A program made the position numbers and the translations under genes. From positions 694 through 64,693 of the forward strand of contig CALLKA010000149.1 in assembly GCA_938008665.1 (NCBI GenBank): a stretch of 64,000 nt of DNA, in the 5' to 3' direction. The notes below the pieces were generated by a model, which was not told where the DNA came from, ran no database searches, and worked only from the letters and a program-made list of their open reading frames with translations. This stretch comes from an uncultured Bacteroidota bacterium. Its GTDB lineage: Bacteria > Bacteroidota > Bacteroidia > Chitinophagales > Chitinophagaceae. Below, one piece after another: positions 29,970 through 39,633 of the stretch (positions are counted from its first letter, which is position 1; each line of letters begins with the position of its first letter).

Positions 29970-30458
29970 ATGGAGCCAAAAAATACCCCAAAATTGAACA
30001 TTGACAAAAGCTTGGATAAGCTGGATTTGCAAATAATTCAAGCAATGATGGAGGATGCCGAAGTTTCCTATGCGGATTTAGGTAAACTGTTTTTTGTTTC
30101 AGGGGGTACCATTCATGTGCGTATCAAGAAATTAGAGGAGTTGGGCATTGTAAAGGGTAAACGCTTAGCAGTGGATTTAAAAGTGTTGGGTTACGACATT
30201 ATCGCCTTTATTGGGATCTACCTTGAAAAAAGTTCCATGTATGATAATGTTGCACAAGCTTTAAAAAACATACCACAGGTGGTTCGGGTAAATTATACCA
30301 CCGGTAATTATAGCATGTTTGTTGAAATTGTATGCAAGGATATGCAACAACTTCGATTTGTACTTCACGATGAACTTCAAAATATTAAAGGAATTGAGCG
30401 CACGGAAACTTTGATCTCATTGGAGGAAAGTTTTTCCCGTAATGTGAAGATTGTTTAA
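29970..30458 (+). CDS. asnC: Lrp/AsnC family transcriptional regulator, AsnC-like
   Basis: LDKLDLQII, SYADLG..FVSGGTIHVRIKKL..LGIVKG, AFIGIYL, YTTGNYS.F, LQNIKGIERTETLISL closely resemble AsnC. Confidence 0.85.
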   Translation: MEPKNTPKLNIDKSLDKLDLQIIQAMMEDAEVSYADLGKLFFVSGGTIHVRIKKLEELGIVKGKRLAVDLKVLGYDIIAFIGIYLEKSSMYDNVAQALKNIPQVVRVNYTTGNYSMFVEIVCKDMQQLRFVLHDELQNIKGIERTETLISLEESFSRNVKIV

Positions 30459-30492
30459 TTTTTCAATTGTAAATTACATCAAATCTTTTTTT

Positions 30493-31098
30493 ATGAAACC
30501 TTGTTTTCAAGAGGATGGGCGTCGTAGTTTTTTAAAAAAATCGACGGCCTTGGTTGCAATGTATTTAACACCCAGTGTTTTTGTTAAAGCATTTGCTGTG
30601 GATACGATTGTTCCAATGCCTATACCGAAAGAAAAATTAACGATCACTATTAATGGTAAAAAACTAAACCTTGAAATTGATGCGAGAACTACTTTGCTCA
30701 ATTTATTAAGAGAGGAGTTAGCGTTTACAGGTACTAAAAAAGGTTGTGAGATGGGGCAGTGTGGTGCTTGTACAATTCATATTAATGGTAAGCGTACAAA
30801 ATCATGTATGCAATTAGCTTTGACTCATCAAAATAATAAAATAACAACCATCGAAGGATTGAGTGAAGGTGAAAAGTTACATCCAATGCAAGCCGCGTTT
30901 ATAAAACACGATGCTTTTCAATGTGGCTATTGCACTTCAGGTCAAATCATGTCAGCCGTTACTTGTGTTAGAGAAGGTAATGCTAAATCAAGGGCAAGTA
31001 TTCAAGCTTATATGGATACCAATATTTGCAGATGCGGTGCTTATCAAAACATTGTGGATGCGATTGCTGAAGTAGCCAAAACCGGTGTTAAAATTTAA
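30493..31098 (+). CDS. 2Fe-2S subunit of a molybdopterin aldehyde/xanthine oxidoreductase (PaoA/YagT-like), Tat-like signal
   Basis: GRRSFLKK; TGTKKGCEMGQCGACT...SC; FQCGYCTSGQ; NICRCGAY. ATG 30493 preferred to TTG 30451. Confidence 0.88.
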   Translation: MKPCFQEDGRRSFLKKSTALVAMYLTPSVFVKAFAVDTIVPMPIPKEKLTITINGKKLNLEIDARTTLLNLLREELAFTGTKKGCEMGQCGACTIHINGKRTKSCMQLALTHQNNKITTIEGLSEGEKLHPMQAAFIKHDAFQCGYCTSGQIMSAVTCVREGNAKSRASIQAYMDTNICRCGAYQNIVDAIAEVAKTGVKI

Positions 31099-31116
31099 CC
31101 TTATCAATTCAAGAAA

Positions 31117-33357
31117 ATGAAATCAAATAATAATACAATATTCTGGGAAGATGAGCGCGTGGATGGTGCTGATAAAGTAAATGGAAAAGCAAAATATGCA
31201 GCGGAGCATAGTTTACCCAATATGGCATATGCTGTTTTTGTTACAAGTAGCATTGCAAAAGGTACCATTAAAAATATAGATACTTCCAAAGCATTAGCGA
31301 TGCCTGGTGTTTTAGATGTGATTTATTATGCCAATTGTCCTAGTGTACTTGGTTATATTTCCAATGCTGCTGAACGCCCTAAAAATGCAATGGAGTGGCG
31401 CGGTCATAAAGTTTTACATGATAATAAAGTGCGTTTTTTTGGCCAACCCATTGCACTCGTTGTTGCGGATAGTTTTGAAAGTGCAAATGCAGCTATACGT
31501 TTTGTTAAAGCGGAGTATGCGTCTGAAAGTTTTGAAACTAATTTTGATAAAGCAAGATTGGATACGAAAAATTTGAAAATAAACAGTAATTATAAACGCG
31601 GAACAGAAAAAAAGTTTAAAGAAGCCTTTGCATTTGTTGAATCTGAATTTAATATTCCTATTGAGGTGCACAATGCAATGGAATTGTTTGCGACTATTGC
31701 GCATTGGGAAGGAGAGGATAAGGTTACTTTATATGATAAAACGCAAGGTCCAAAAAGTACCCAATTTACAGTGTCCAGAACTTTTGGTATTCCAGATAAA
31801 AATGTAAGAGTGATTGCTGAAAATGTGGGTGGTGCTTTTGGAAGTGGTTTAAGAAGTTGGGCCAATGTGCCTGCTGCTTGTATCGCTGCAAAAAAACTAA
31901 ATCGTCCAGTGAAGTTAGTACTCACACGTCCGCAAATGTTTTCATTGGTTGGTTACCGACCACAATCTTGGCAAAAATTGGGCATTGGCGCAGATGCTGC
32001 TGGTAATTTTGTGGGGATTAGCCATGAAGCCATTACGAATACTTCCAGGTATGAGGACTTCAGAGAAGGAATTGTGGATGCTTCAAAATTTTTATACGCG
32101 TGTGAAAATGTAGATACTAAATATAACCTACTTCCACTTGATTTGAGTACGCCTGTATGGATGCGTGGTCCTGGAGAAGCAAGCGGATGTTTTGCATTAG
32201 AGAGTGCGATTGATGAACTTTCTTATAAATTAAAGATGGATCCGATTGAATTAAGATTAAAAAATTACACAACAATTAATCCTGAAAATAAATTACCATT
32301 CTCTGATATTAATTTAAAAGATTGTTACGCGTATGGTAAAAATAAAATAGGTTGGAAAAATCGTCCTACTGTTCCTGGTTCCTTAAAGGAAAATGGCATG
32401 CTGATTGGTTATGGCATGGCCGTGGGCATTTTTGGTGCAGGCAAGGGTTCCGCGTCAGTAAGAATAGTTTTAAGTAATGATGGTAAATTATTATTAGAAT
32501 GTGGCGTAAGTGATATGGGTCCAGGTACGACCACAGCTATGACCATACTTGCTTCAGAGGCTATGCAAATGCCCATTCAAAAAATTAAATTTAAACTAGG
32601 AGACTCTGATTTACCTCCAGGTCCTTCGCAAGGAGGATCAGGTACTACATCAACTGTGGGATCGGCTGTTGATTTGGCTTGTAAAACATTACAACAAAAA
32701 TTAAAGGAGATTGCCATTAAATCTGCGCCTTTATTTGCTGGTATGAATGCGGAAGTGTTGGAGGTTAAAAATGAAATGGTGATTTCAAAAAGCGATGCGA
32801 ATATAAAAATGGCTATTGTTGATCTATTAAAATTAGCCAATCAAGATAAAATTGATTTAACCATTACTTCTAATGGTAAAACCGCAGCGCAATTAAAATT
32901 CACGAGTAATTCTTTTTCAGCGCATTTTGTAAAATTGGGGGTGAATCCAAAAGATGGCACGATAAAAATATTACAAGTAGTTACTACAGGTGATGCAGGA
33001 AAAATAATTAGTCCTAAAACAGCACGTAGTCAAATGTTGGGCGGGGTAGTAGGCGGTATCGGTATGGCACTTTCTGAAAAACTAGAAATTGATCATAAAA
33101 CTGGACAAATCATCAATGCCAGCTTTGGTGGTTATCACGTGCCACTGCATTCACACATTCCACCAACGGATGTTTGGTTTGTAAACAAGCCGGATCATAA
33201 TATTAATGATATTGGTGCCAAAGGTATTGGTGAAATTGCATTGATTGGTTTAGCGGCTGCAATTACCAACGCAGTATATAACGCCACCGGGAAAAGGGTG
33301 CGCGATCTTCCTATAACACCTGAAAAATTAGGATTTAAAAGCAAGCAATCGTTATAA
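31117..33357 (+). CDS. Xanthine dehydrogenase-family molybdopterin-binding subunit (PaoC/YagR-like)
   Basis: KVNGKAKYAAE, VGGAFGS, WMRGPGE, DMGPGT, GGSGTT, GAKGIGE, NAVYNATGKRVRDLPITP. Confidence 0.9.
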   Translation: MKSNNNTIFWEDERVDGADKVNGKAKYAAEHSLPNMAYAVFVTSSIAKGTIKNIDTSKALAMPGVLDVIYYANCPSVLGYISNAAERPKNAMEWRGHKVLHDNKVRFFGQPIALVVADSFESANAAIRFVKAEYASESFETNFDKARLDTKNLKINSNYKRGTEKKFKEAFAFVESEFNIPIEVHNAMELFATIAHWEGEDKVTLYDKTQGPKSTQFTVSRTFGIPDKNVRVIAENVGGAFGSGLRSWANVPAACIAAKKLNRPVKLVLTRPQMFSLVGYRPQSWQKLGIGADAAGNFVGISHEAITNTSRYEDFREGIVDASKFLYACENVDTKYNLLPLDLSTPVWMRGPGEASGCFALESAIDELSYKLKMDPIELRLKNYTTINPENKLPFSDINLKDCYAYGKNKIGWKNRPTVPGSLKENGMLIGYGMAVGIFGAGKGSASVRIVLSNDGKLLLECGVSDMGPGTTTAMTILASEAMQMPIQKIKFKLGDSDLPPGPSQGGSGTTSTVGSAVDLACKTLQQKLKEIAIKSAPLFAGMNAEVLEVKNEMVISKSDANIKMAIVDLLKLANQDKIDLTITSNGKTAAQLKFTSNSFSAHFVKLGVNPKDGTIKILQVVTTGDAGKIISPKTARSQMLGGVVGGIGMALSEKLEIDHKTGQIINASFGGYHVPLHSHIPPTDVWFVNKPDHNINDIGAKGIGEIALIGLAAAITNAVYNATGKRVRDLPITPEKLGFKSKQSL

Positions 33358-33363
33358 ATTTAA

Positions 33364-35148
33364 TTATAATTTATATCCATCATCTGCTACTAATTGCGCG
33401 CAAATACGTCTGCGTGCTTCTTTGCTATTGAATGAATCCACTTTAGTGAATCTTTTTAAACCAATATTCATCATGCGTAATTCATCGCCTTCTGCAAAAC
33501 TATTTAAGGCATCCTTACCTGCTTTATTGATTGCATCGGCTGCATCATAAATATAAGTACGAACAATATCAGCTTGAATGGAAGTAGCCGCTTCACCTTT
33601 CATAGCAGTTAATTTTTCTAATCTCAATAAAGCAGATTCAGCATGATAAGTAATGATGGACATATCCGCAATATTCATTAATATTTCTTGCTCCTTGTTT
33701 AAGGTCATCATTAATTTTTGTACGGCTGCACCTGCCACCATTAAAATACATTTCTTAAAATTTGCAATGGTTTTTTTCTCTTTTGCAAATGCGCCTTCCT
33801 CTTCTGAGCCAAAATCAGGAATACTCATTAATTCTTGTTGCACACTCATCGCTGGCCCCATTAAATCTAATTTTCCTTTCATGGCGCGTTTCAAAACCAT
33901 ATCCACAGTTAGCAATCTATTGATTTCATTGGTCCCTTCGTAAATACGATTGATACGACTATCACGATACGCTTTTGAAATTTGATATTCATCACTGTAT
34001 CCATTGCCGCCATGTACTTGCACACCTTCATCTACCACATAATCCAACACTTCACTTCCAAACACTTTTAAAATGGCACACTCAATAGCATATTCTTCTG
34101 CAGCACCTAATAAGGATTCAGACAATGTTTTTCCAGAAGCTAATAATAATTGCTCTTGCTCATCAATATGATGCGATACTCTGTATAATGCTGTTTCACC
34201 CACCCACATTCTTATCGCCATTTCAGCTAACTTATGTCGGATAGCACCAAACTTTACAATCGGCAATTTAAATTGCTCTCTTGTTTTTGCATATTGAATA
34301 GTAACGCTTAATGCGCGTCTTGCACCACCTAAGGTTGCAGCACCTAATTTCAATCGACCAATATTTAAAATATTGAATGCGATAATATGTCCTTTACCAA
34401 TTTCACCTAATACATTTTCAACGGGTACTTTACAATCTTGAAAATATAATTGCACTGTTGATGAACCCTTAATTCCCATTTTATGTTCCTCAGGTCCTTG
34501 CGTAAAACCTTCGGTGCCACGTTCAATAATAAATGCAGTGAAATGTTCTCCATCTATTTTTGCAAACACGGTATAAATATCTGCAAAGCCACCATTCGTG
34601 ATCCAACATTTTTGGCCATTCAAAATATAATGTTTCCCATCGGCAGATAATATTGCAGTTGTTTTTGCACTCAAGGCATCTGATCCTGCATTGGGTTCCG
34701 TTAAACCATAGGAGCCTTTGTATTCACCACTTGCTAATTTTGGCACATACTTTTCTTTTTGCGCATCCGTACCAAAATATAAAATGGGTAAGGTACCAAT
34801 ACCTGTATGTGCTGCATTTGCTACGGAAAAGGAATACCCGCCGCCTAAATATTCGGCAACAATGACTGCAGTTACAAAATCTTTTCCAGAGCCACCATAT
34901 ACTTCAGGTACTGTAATACCTAGTAAGCCTTGTTCACCTGCTTTTTCTAATAAAGAGGGCATTAAGCCTGGTTCTAATTTATCAATACGTTCAACTACAG
35001 GTAACACTTCGGTGTCAATGAATTGATTACACATATCTCGTACCATGAGTTGTTCCTCATTAAACTCCTCAGGAATAAATATATCCTTTGCGTTTACTTC
35101 CTTGATAATCCATTCGCCACCTTTGATGACTGATTGTATGGTTTCCAT
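33364..35148 (-). CDS. Acyl-CoA dehydrogenase (long type)
   Basis: YGLTEPNAGSDA, GQKCWITNG, KMGIKGSST, QVHGGNGY, RINRIYEGTNEI. Confidence 0.95.
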   Translation of the reverse strand: METIQSVIKGGEWIIKEVNAKDIFIPEEFNEEQLMVRDMCNQFIDTEVLPVVERIDKLEPGLMPSLLEKAGEQGLLGITVPEVYGGSGKDFVTAVIVAEYLGGGYSFSVANAAHTGIGTLPILYFGTDAQKEKYVPKLASGEYKGSYGLTEPNAGSDALSAKTTAILSADGKHYILNGQKCWITNGGFADIYTVFAKIDGEHFTAFIIERGTEGFTQGPEEHKMGIKGSSTVQLYFQDCKVPVENVLGEIGKGHIIAFNILNIGRLKLGAATLGGARRALSVTIQYAKTREQFKLPIVKFGAIRHKLAEMAIRMWVGETALYRVSHHIDEQEQLLLASGKTLSESLLGAAEEYAIECAILKVFGSEVLDYVVDEGVQVHGGNGYSDEYQISKAYRDSRINRIYEGTNEINRLLTVDMVLKRAMKGKLDLMGPAMSVQQELMSIPDFGSEEEGAFAKEKKTIANFKKCILMVAGAAVQKLMMTLNKEQEILMNIADMSIITYHAESALLRLEKLTAMKGEAATSIQADIVRTYIYDAADAINKAGKDALNSFAEGDELRMMNIGLKRFTKVDSFNSKEARRRICAQLVADDGYKL

Positions 35149-35236
35149 AAAAATTTATTTATAAGTTATTTTTTTACTCTTTTTTATTGCTACGCGTCAA
35201 TATATTTTAATGCTATTATTTAATATCAGCACTTAT

Positions 35237-35692
35237 TTATACCAAATCTTTATTGGTTAAATTATCATACACGCGTTGTAAAACATTTTTTACTACTTCA
35301 ATTTCTTCCTTTGAAATATTTTGTAATGACTCATTCATTGTCTTATTCGCCAACTCATAAGTGATTTGCTGTAATGGCTTTGCAGTGTCCGTTAAATAAA
35401 CCAAATTAATACGTCGATCATCTTTGGATGCAATACGTGTTACTAATTCTTGTTTTTCTAAATTATCAATGAGGCGGGTAGTACTTGCTTTGTCTCTAAA
35501 AGTTCGGTTGCCTAGTTCAAGTTGACTAAGGCCATCTTCCTTCCATAAATGATATAATACGGACCATTGTTCAATGGTGATTTCTAATCCTGCATTGCGG
35601 AAATTTTTTTGAAGACGTCGGGCAACTGCGGTGGTTGCCATGCCATTAATGACACTGTAAAGTTCGCCGCGTTTGAATTGGTTGTTTGACAT
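35237..35692 (-). CDS. MarR family transcriptional regulator
   Basis: ITIEQWSVL..LW..DGLSQ.EL, TTRLIDNLEK..LV.R....DRR. ATG 35692 preferred to TTG 35725. Confidence 0.9.
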   Translation of the reverse strand: MSNNQFKRGELYSVINGMATTAVARRLQKNFRNAGLEITIEQWSVLYHLWKEDGLSQLELGNRTFRDKASTTRLIDNLEKQELVTRIASKDDRRINLVYLTDTAKPLQQITYELANKTMNESLQNISKEEIEVVKNVLQRVYDNLTNKDLV

Positions 35693-35804
35693 ATAGTTAG
35701 TTATGCAACTAATATAAAAGTACAACCTTTTTTAATGATTTTGGGCAATTTTTGGGTCATTTTGACCAAAAAAGGGGGATTTTGGGTTTCCTTGAAATGG
35801 GCGC

Positions 35805-36953
35805 TTACATTCTGTCTTTGCGTCTAATTTTTATGCGAATTGCATTTTCTATGGCTTCATTGGCAACCAAAATTAAGTAGCCACCGCCACCAGCGCCTGA
35901 TAACTTGTATCCAAAACTTTTGGAGGCATATTTATTAATAATGGGTGTGATGGTTTCGTCAACCATATTCGGGAACATGGCAATCTGCGCATGAAAAGAA
36001 GCAAGAAAAGCAGTTCCAAAAGCAGCCACATCTTTTATTTGAATCGCATTCCAACATTGAATTGCGGCATCTGCTAAATTTTTTGCGCCAGCTTCTGTAA
36101 TATTTGTATTCGCCAATACATCATAATTACTACCTCTTGGATCAAGTGGAATTAAGTAAAGATGTTCCTCTAGCCAACTTAATATAGATTCATCTTCTAT
36201 TGATTTTATTTCAGAAGGCCAATAACTATCTTGACTATAATGATAATAATTTAAACAAGGCATCACAATACCCAATGCATCTTGAGAACCAGCAACATTT
36301 AATGTGCCTGGAGGATTTTCATAACTAAAAAGAATTTTACTCAATTGTACGGGGTCCCCCTCAGGTAATTGTGCTTTCCATAATTCAATGGCTTTGTTTC
36401 TTGTACTGCTCGCCATACCACTTCGGTTATTAAATTCAATGGTAGGTTCAATGGATACAGTAAGCACTGGGCCTGGATATAATTTGTTTACGTAAGGTTG
36501 GTCCAGCCATCCACCTGCTAAATCTATGCGAAATGGAATGATGGAATTGGTTCTTAAACTGGTTGTTGATCTTGCAGGAAGTCCGTCACTAGGAATTCTA
36601 TCCAATACAATTAATTCAATATTTTTTGTTTTGCATAGTTCAATTTTATTCGGCGTATTCCCATCCTCATTCACCACAAAAACATTCGGCTTAATTTCTT
36701 CCAATTCTTCTAAAAAATCAAGAATACCATTTCCTTTATTAATCTTACACTCTTTAACACATGCAAGTGATTCAATCATGTACTTTCTTTCATCTTGGGT
36801 GATCACGGGGTATCTACCTTTAAGATTATATACCGTTTTATCTGAGCCAATACAAACGTATAAATCACCATAAGAAGCAGCACTTTTTAAAAAAGCAATA
36901 TGCCCACTATGTAATAAATCAAAACAGCCGCTGACTAGTACTTTCTTTTGCAT
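35805..36953 (-). CDS. Cytidylyl/adenylyltransferase fused to a GHMP-kinase domain
   Basis: N-terminal SGCFDLLHSGH (HxGH); C-terminal PFRIDLAGGWLD, SGMASS, GSQD, KLSGAGGGGY (GHMP motifs). Confidence 0.8.
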   Translation of the reverse strand: MQKKVLVSGCFDLLHSGHIAFLKSAASYGDLYVCIGSDKTVYNLKGRYPVITQDERKYMIESLACVKECKINKGNGILDFLEELEEIKPNVFVVNEDGNTPNKIELCKTKNIELIVLDRIPSDGLPARSTTSLRTNSIIPFRIDLAGGWLDQPYVNKLYPGPVLTVSIEPTIEFNNRSGMASSTRNKAIELWKAQLPEGDPVQLSKILFSYENPPGTLNVAGSQDALGIVMPCLNYYHYSQDSYWPSEIKSIEDESILSWLEEHLYLIPLDPRGSNYDVLANTNITEAGAKNLADAAIQCWNAIQIKDVAAFGTAFLASFHAQIAMFPNMVDETITPIINKYASKSFGYKLSGAGGGGYLILVANEAIENAIRIKIRRKDRM

Positions 36954-37027
36954 AGGATCAAAGTAGGTTAAATTGAAAGTGCAATTTAATTCAAAGGGCC
37001 AAGAATTAGTTATTTAGTTTTTTTCGA

Positions 37028-37807
37028 TTATAAAGTTCTGTCTAAATGCGTATAGCCGCCATCTACGTATACCAGTTGTCCTGTTGTATGACTGGATGCA
37101 TTGGAAAGTAAAAAGGCAACCGTATTGGCTATTTCTTCTTTTGTAGTAAAACGCTTTCCTAATGGAATTTTTGATTGTATCTGTGCTAGTTTTTCTTCCG
37201 GGTTCGGTAAAGTTTTAATCCATTTATCATAGAGTGGTGTAAAGCACTCAGCTACGATGACTGAATTTACACGAATGCCATACTTTAATAATTCCACTGC
37301 CCATTCTCTGGTTAAAGCATTCCTTGCACCATTTGCTGCAGCATAGCCTGATGTTTCACCTTGTCCTGTGTCGGCTACTTTTGAACTTATATTTACAATA
37401 CTTCCGTTTGCAATTTTTAAATAGGGAAGTGCATGGTGTGCTAATAGATAATAATGCACTACATTTTTTTGTAGGCTTGACATAAAACCTTCATAGTTCC
37501 CGTTCTCTAAATTAATTGAATCATTCACACCCGCATTATTGACTAATCCATCAATGCGTCCATGCATTTCGGCAATTGCTTTGATTGCATTTTCACATTG
37601 TATCGGATCACTTAATTCAGCGACCACTTGACTTGCTTTATATCCTTTTGCTTGCAAACTTGCGACTAAGTTATTGTTATCGTTTTCGTCGCGTCCAATA
37701 ATTACAGGTATTGCGCCTTCCTGTGCTAATATGGTAGTGATGCCTTCGCCAATGCCTTTAGCGCCTCCGGAAACAATAATTACTTTTTCTTGCAAATGTA
37801 AATTCAT
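37028..37807 (-). CDS. SDR oxidoreductase, L-fucose dehydrogenase-like
   Basis: SGGAKGIG, NNAGVND, SGYAAANG, LTREWAVELL, VDGGYTHLDR. The usual YxxxK reads YAAAN here. Confidence 0.75.
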   Translation of the reverse strand: MNLHLQEKVIIVSGGAKGIGEGITTILAQEGAIPVIIGRDENDNNNLVASLQAKGYKASQVVAELSDPIQCENAIKAIAEMHGRIDGLVNNAGVNDSINLENGNYEGFMSSLQKNVVHYYLLAHHALPYLKIANGSIVNISSKVADTGQGETSGYAAANGARNALTREWAVELLKYGIRVNSVIVAECFTPLYDKWIKTLPNPEEKLAQIQSKIPLGKRFTTKEEIANTVAFLLSNASSHTTGQLVYVDGGYTHLDRTL

Positions 37808-37810
37808 GAT

Positions 37811-38659
37811 TTATGGTTTGTATGCAACAACATTTTGTTTGCTAGTTCCTAATCCATCAATACCTAATTCAACCACATCCCCTTCCTTCAAATAAATATT
37901 TGGTGTAAAGCCCAATCCAACACCCGCAGGCGTTCCCGTACTAATTACATCGCCGGGTAATAAGGTCATGAACTGACTTAAATAGGAAATAAGTGTAGGC
38001 ACATTAAAAATTAAATCATCGGTGTTTCCATCCTGCATTATTTTTCCATTCAAGGACAACCACAATCTTAAATTATGCGGATTAGGTATTTCATCTTTGG
38101 TTACCAACCATGGTCCAAGTGGGGCAAAGCTATCACATCCTTTTCCTTTATCCCAAGTGCCACCACGTTCTAATTGAAATGCGCGTTCACTTACATCATT
38201 ATGTAATACATAACCTGCCACATAATCCATCGCATCAGCTTCACTTACATAACTTGCTTTTTTCCCAATCACAACCGCTAGTTCCACTTCCCAATCCGTT
38301 TTTTCAGAATTCTTAGGAATAATAATATTGTCAAATGGTCCTGTTAAGGAAGTAGTTGATTTCATAAACAAGATGGGCTCTGTTGGAATTGCTGCCCCAG
38401 TTTCCTTTGCATGTTTCGCATAGTTTAATCCAATACAAACTATTTTGGAGGGTCTGGCGATCGGTGATCCGATACGCGCTTCTGGCGGCACTTCAGGCAG
38501 ATTCCCTTTTTGTACAATGGTTGCTAATTGTGCTAATCCATTTTCTCTAAAAAAAGATTCATCATAATCATATAAATGTGCACTGACATCATAATTTTTT
38601 CCATTGATATGTACGCCCGGTTTTTCTTGTTCACTTGTCCCAAATCGAATTAATTTCAT
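37811..38659 (-). CDS. Fumarylacetoacetate hydrolase family protein (2,4-diketo-3-deoxy-L-fuconate hydrolase-like)
   Basis: KIVCIGLNY, DWEVEL, NDVSER, KGKGCDSFAPLGP, GDVISTGTPAGVG; flanked by two SDRs. Confidence 0.88.
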   Translation of the reverse strand: MKLIRFGTSEQEKPGVHINGKNYDVSAHLYDYDESFFRENGLAQLATIVQKGNLPEVPPEARIGSPIARPSKIVCIGLNYAKHAKETGAAIPTEPILFMKSTTSLTGPFDNIIIPKNSEKTDWEVELAVVIGKKASYVSEADAMDYVAGYVLHNDVSERAFQLERGGTWDKGKGCDSFAPLGPWLVTKDEIPNPHNLRLWLSLNGKIMQDGNTDDLIFNVPTLISYLSQFMTLLPGDVISTGTPAGVGLGFTPNIYLKEGDVVELGIDGLGTSKQNVVAYKP

Positions 38660-38750
38660 TATTGTCTTTTTTTATTTTTCTATTATGTAAGGATGCGCAT
38701 AAATTAAAAAATCAATGTCATCCTACTTTTGTCAATTTATTATTTTCAGC

Positions 38751-39515
38751 TTAACTATTTAAAGTGACAAAACCGCCATCAATACTAAAGTCGCTTCCTG
38801 TAATAAAAGCAGCTTCCTCGCTACATAAGTATAAAACTTGGTGTGCCACTTCAATTGGTAAGCCCATACGACCAATTGGTTGCGTCTTTGATAATTTTTC
38901 AAACATCTCTGCTTCCTGCCCAGGATAATTCTTTTTCAAAAATCCATCTACAAATGGGGTGTGAACGCGACCCGGCGAAACACTATTGCATCTGATATTG
39001 TCTTTGATATAATCCTTTGCAACACTCATTGTCATTGCATGTACCGCACCCTTACTCATGCTATAAGCAAAGCGATCCGACAATCCCACTTTAGCTGCTA
39101 TCGAACTAATATTCACAATACTTCCGCCGCCACTTTGCTTCATTACATTTATGCCTGCTTGTAAACAGTTGTATACGCCTTTGACATTTACTTGGAATAC
39201 TTTTTCAAAATCAGTTTCGTTGGTGGTTGTTGCACTTCCTATATGTGAGATACCTGCGCAGTTAACAAGCAAATCCAAGCTTTTTAATTTTTCAAAAGCA
39301 GGAGTCACAGCCCCTTGGTTGGTAACATCTAAAGTAAGTGCTTCCGCGGTGTTACCGTTTGCAGTTATTTCATCAACCGTACCTTTTGCACTATCCGCAT
39401 TTAAATCAACTACAATCACATGCGCGCCTTGCTTTGCTAATACTTTACAAACCTCCTTTCCAATCCCACTTCCTCCTCCAGTGACGAGCGCTATTTTATT
39501 ATTAAGTTGAAACAT
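38751..39515 (-). CDS. SDR oxidoreductase, 2-keto-3-deoxy-L-fuconate dehydrogenase-like
   Basis: TGGGSGIG, DRFAYSMSKGAV, IRCNSVSPGRVHTPFV, QPIGRMG. Confidence 0.8.
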   Translation of the reverse strand: MFQLNNKIALVTGGGSGIGKEVCKVLAKQGAHVIVVDLNADSAKGTVDEITANGNTAEALTLDVTNQGAVTPAFEKLKSLDLLVNCAGISHIGSATTTNETDFEKVFQVNVKGVYNCLQAGINVMKQSGGGSIVNISSIAAKVGLSDRFAYSMSKGAVHAMTMSVAKDYIKDNIRCNSVSPGRVHTPFVDGFLKKNYPGQEAEMFEKLSKTQPIGRMGLPIEVAHQVLYLCSEEAAFITGSDFSIDGGFVTLNS

Positions 39516-39633
39516 AAAGCTTATTTTATTTGCTACATTTTTTAATAATCAGTTGATTATTTTGAGACTACAATTTAATCCAAACTATTAAAAAATCCTA
39601 CTAATGACATATAAAAGCGCGTAACTTTACGGC

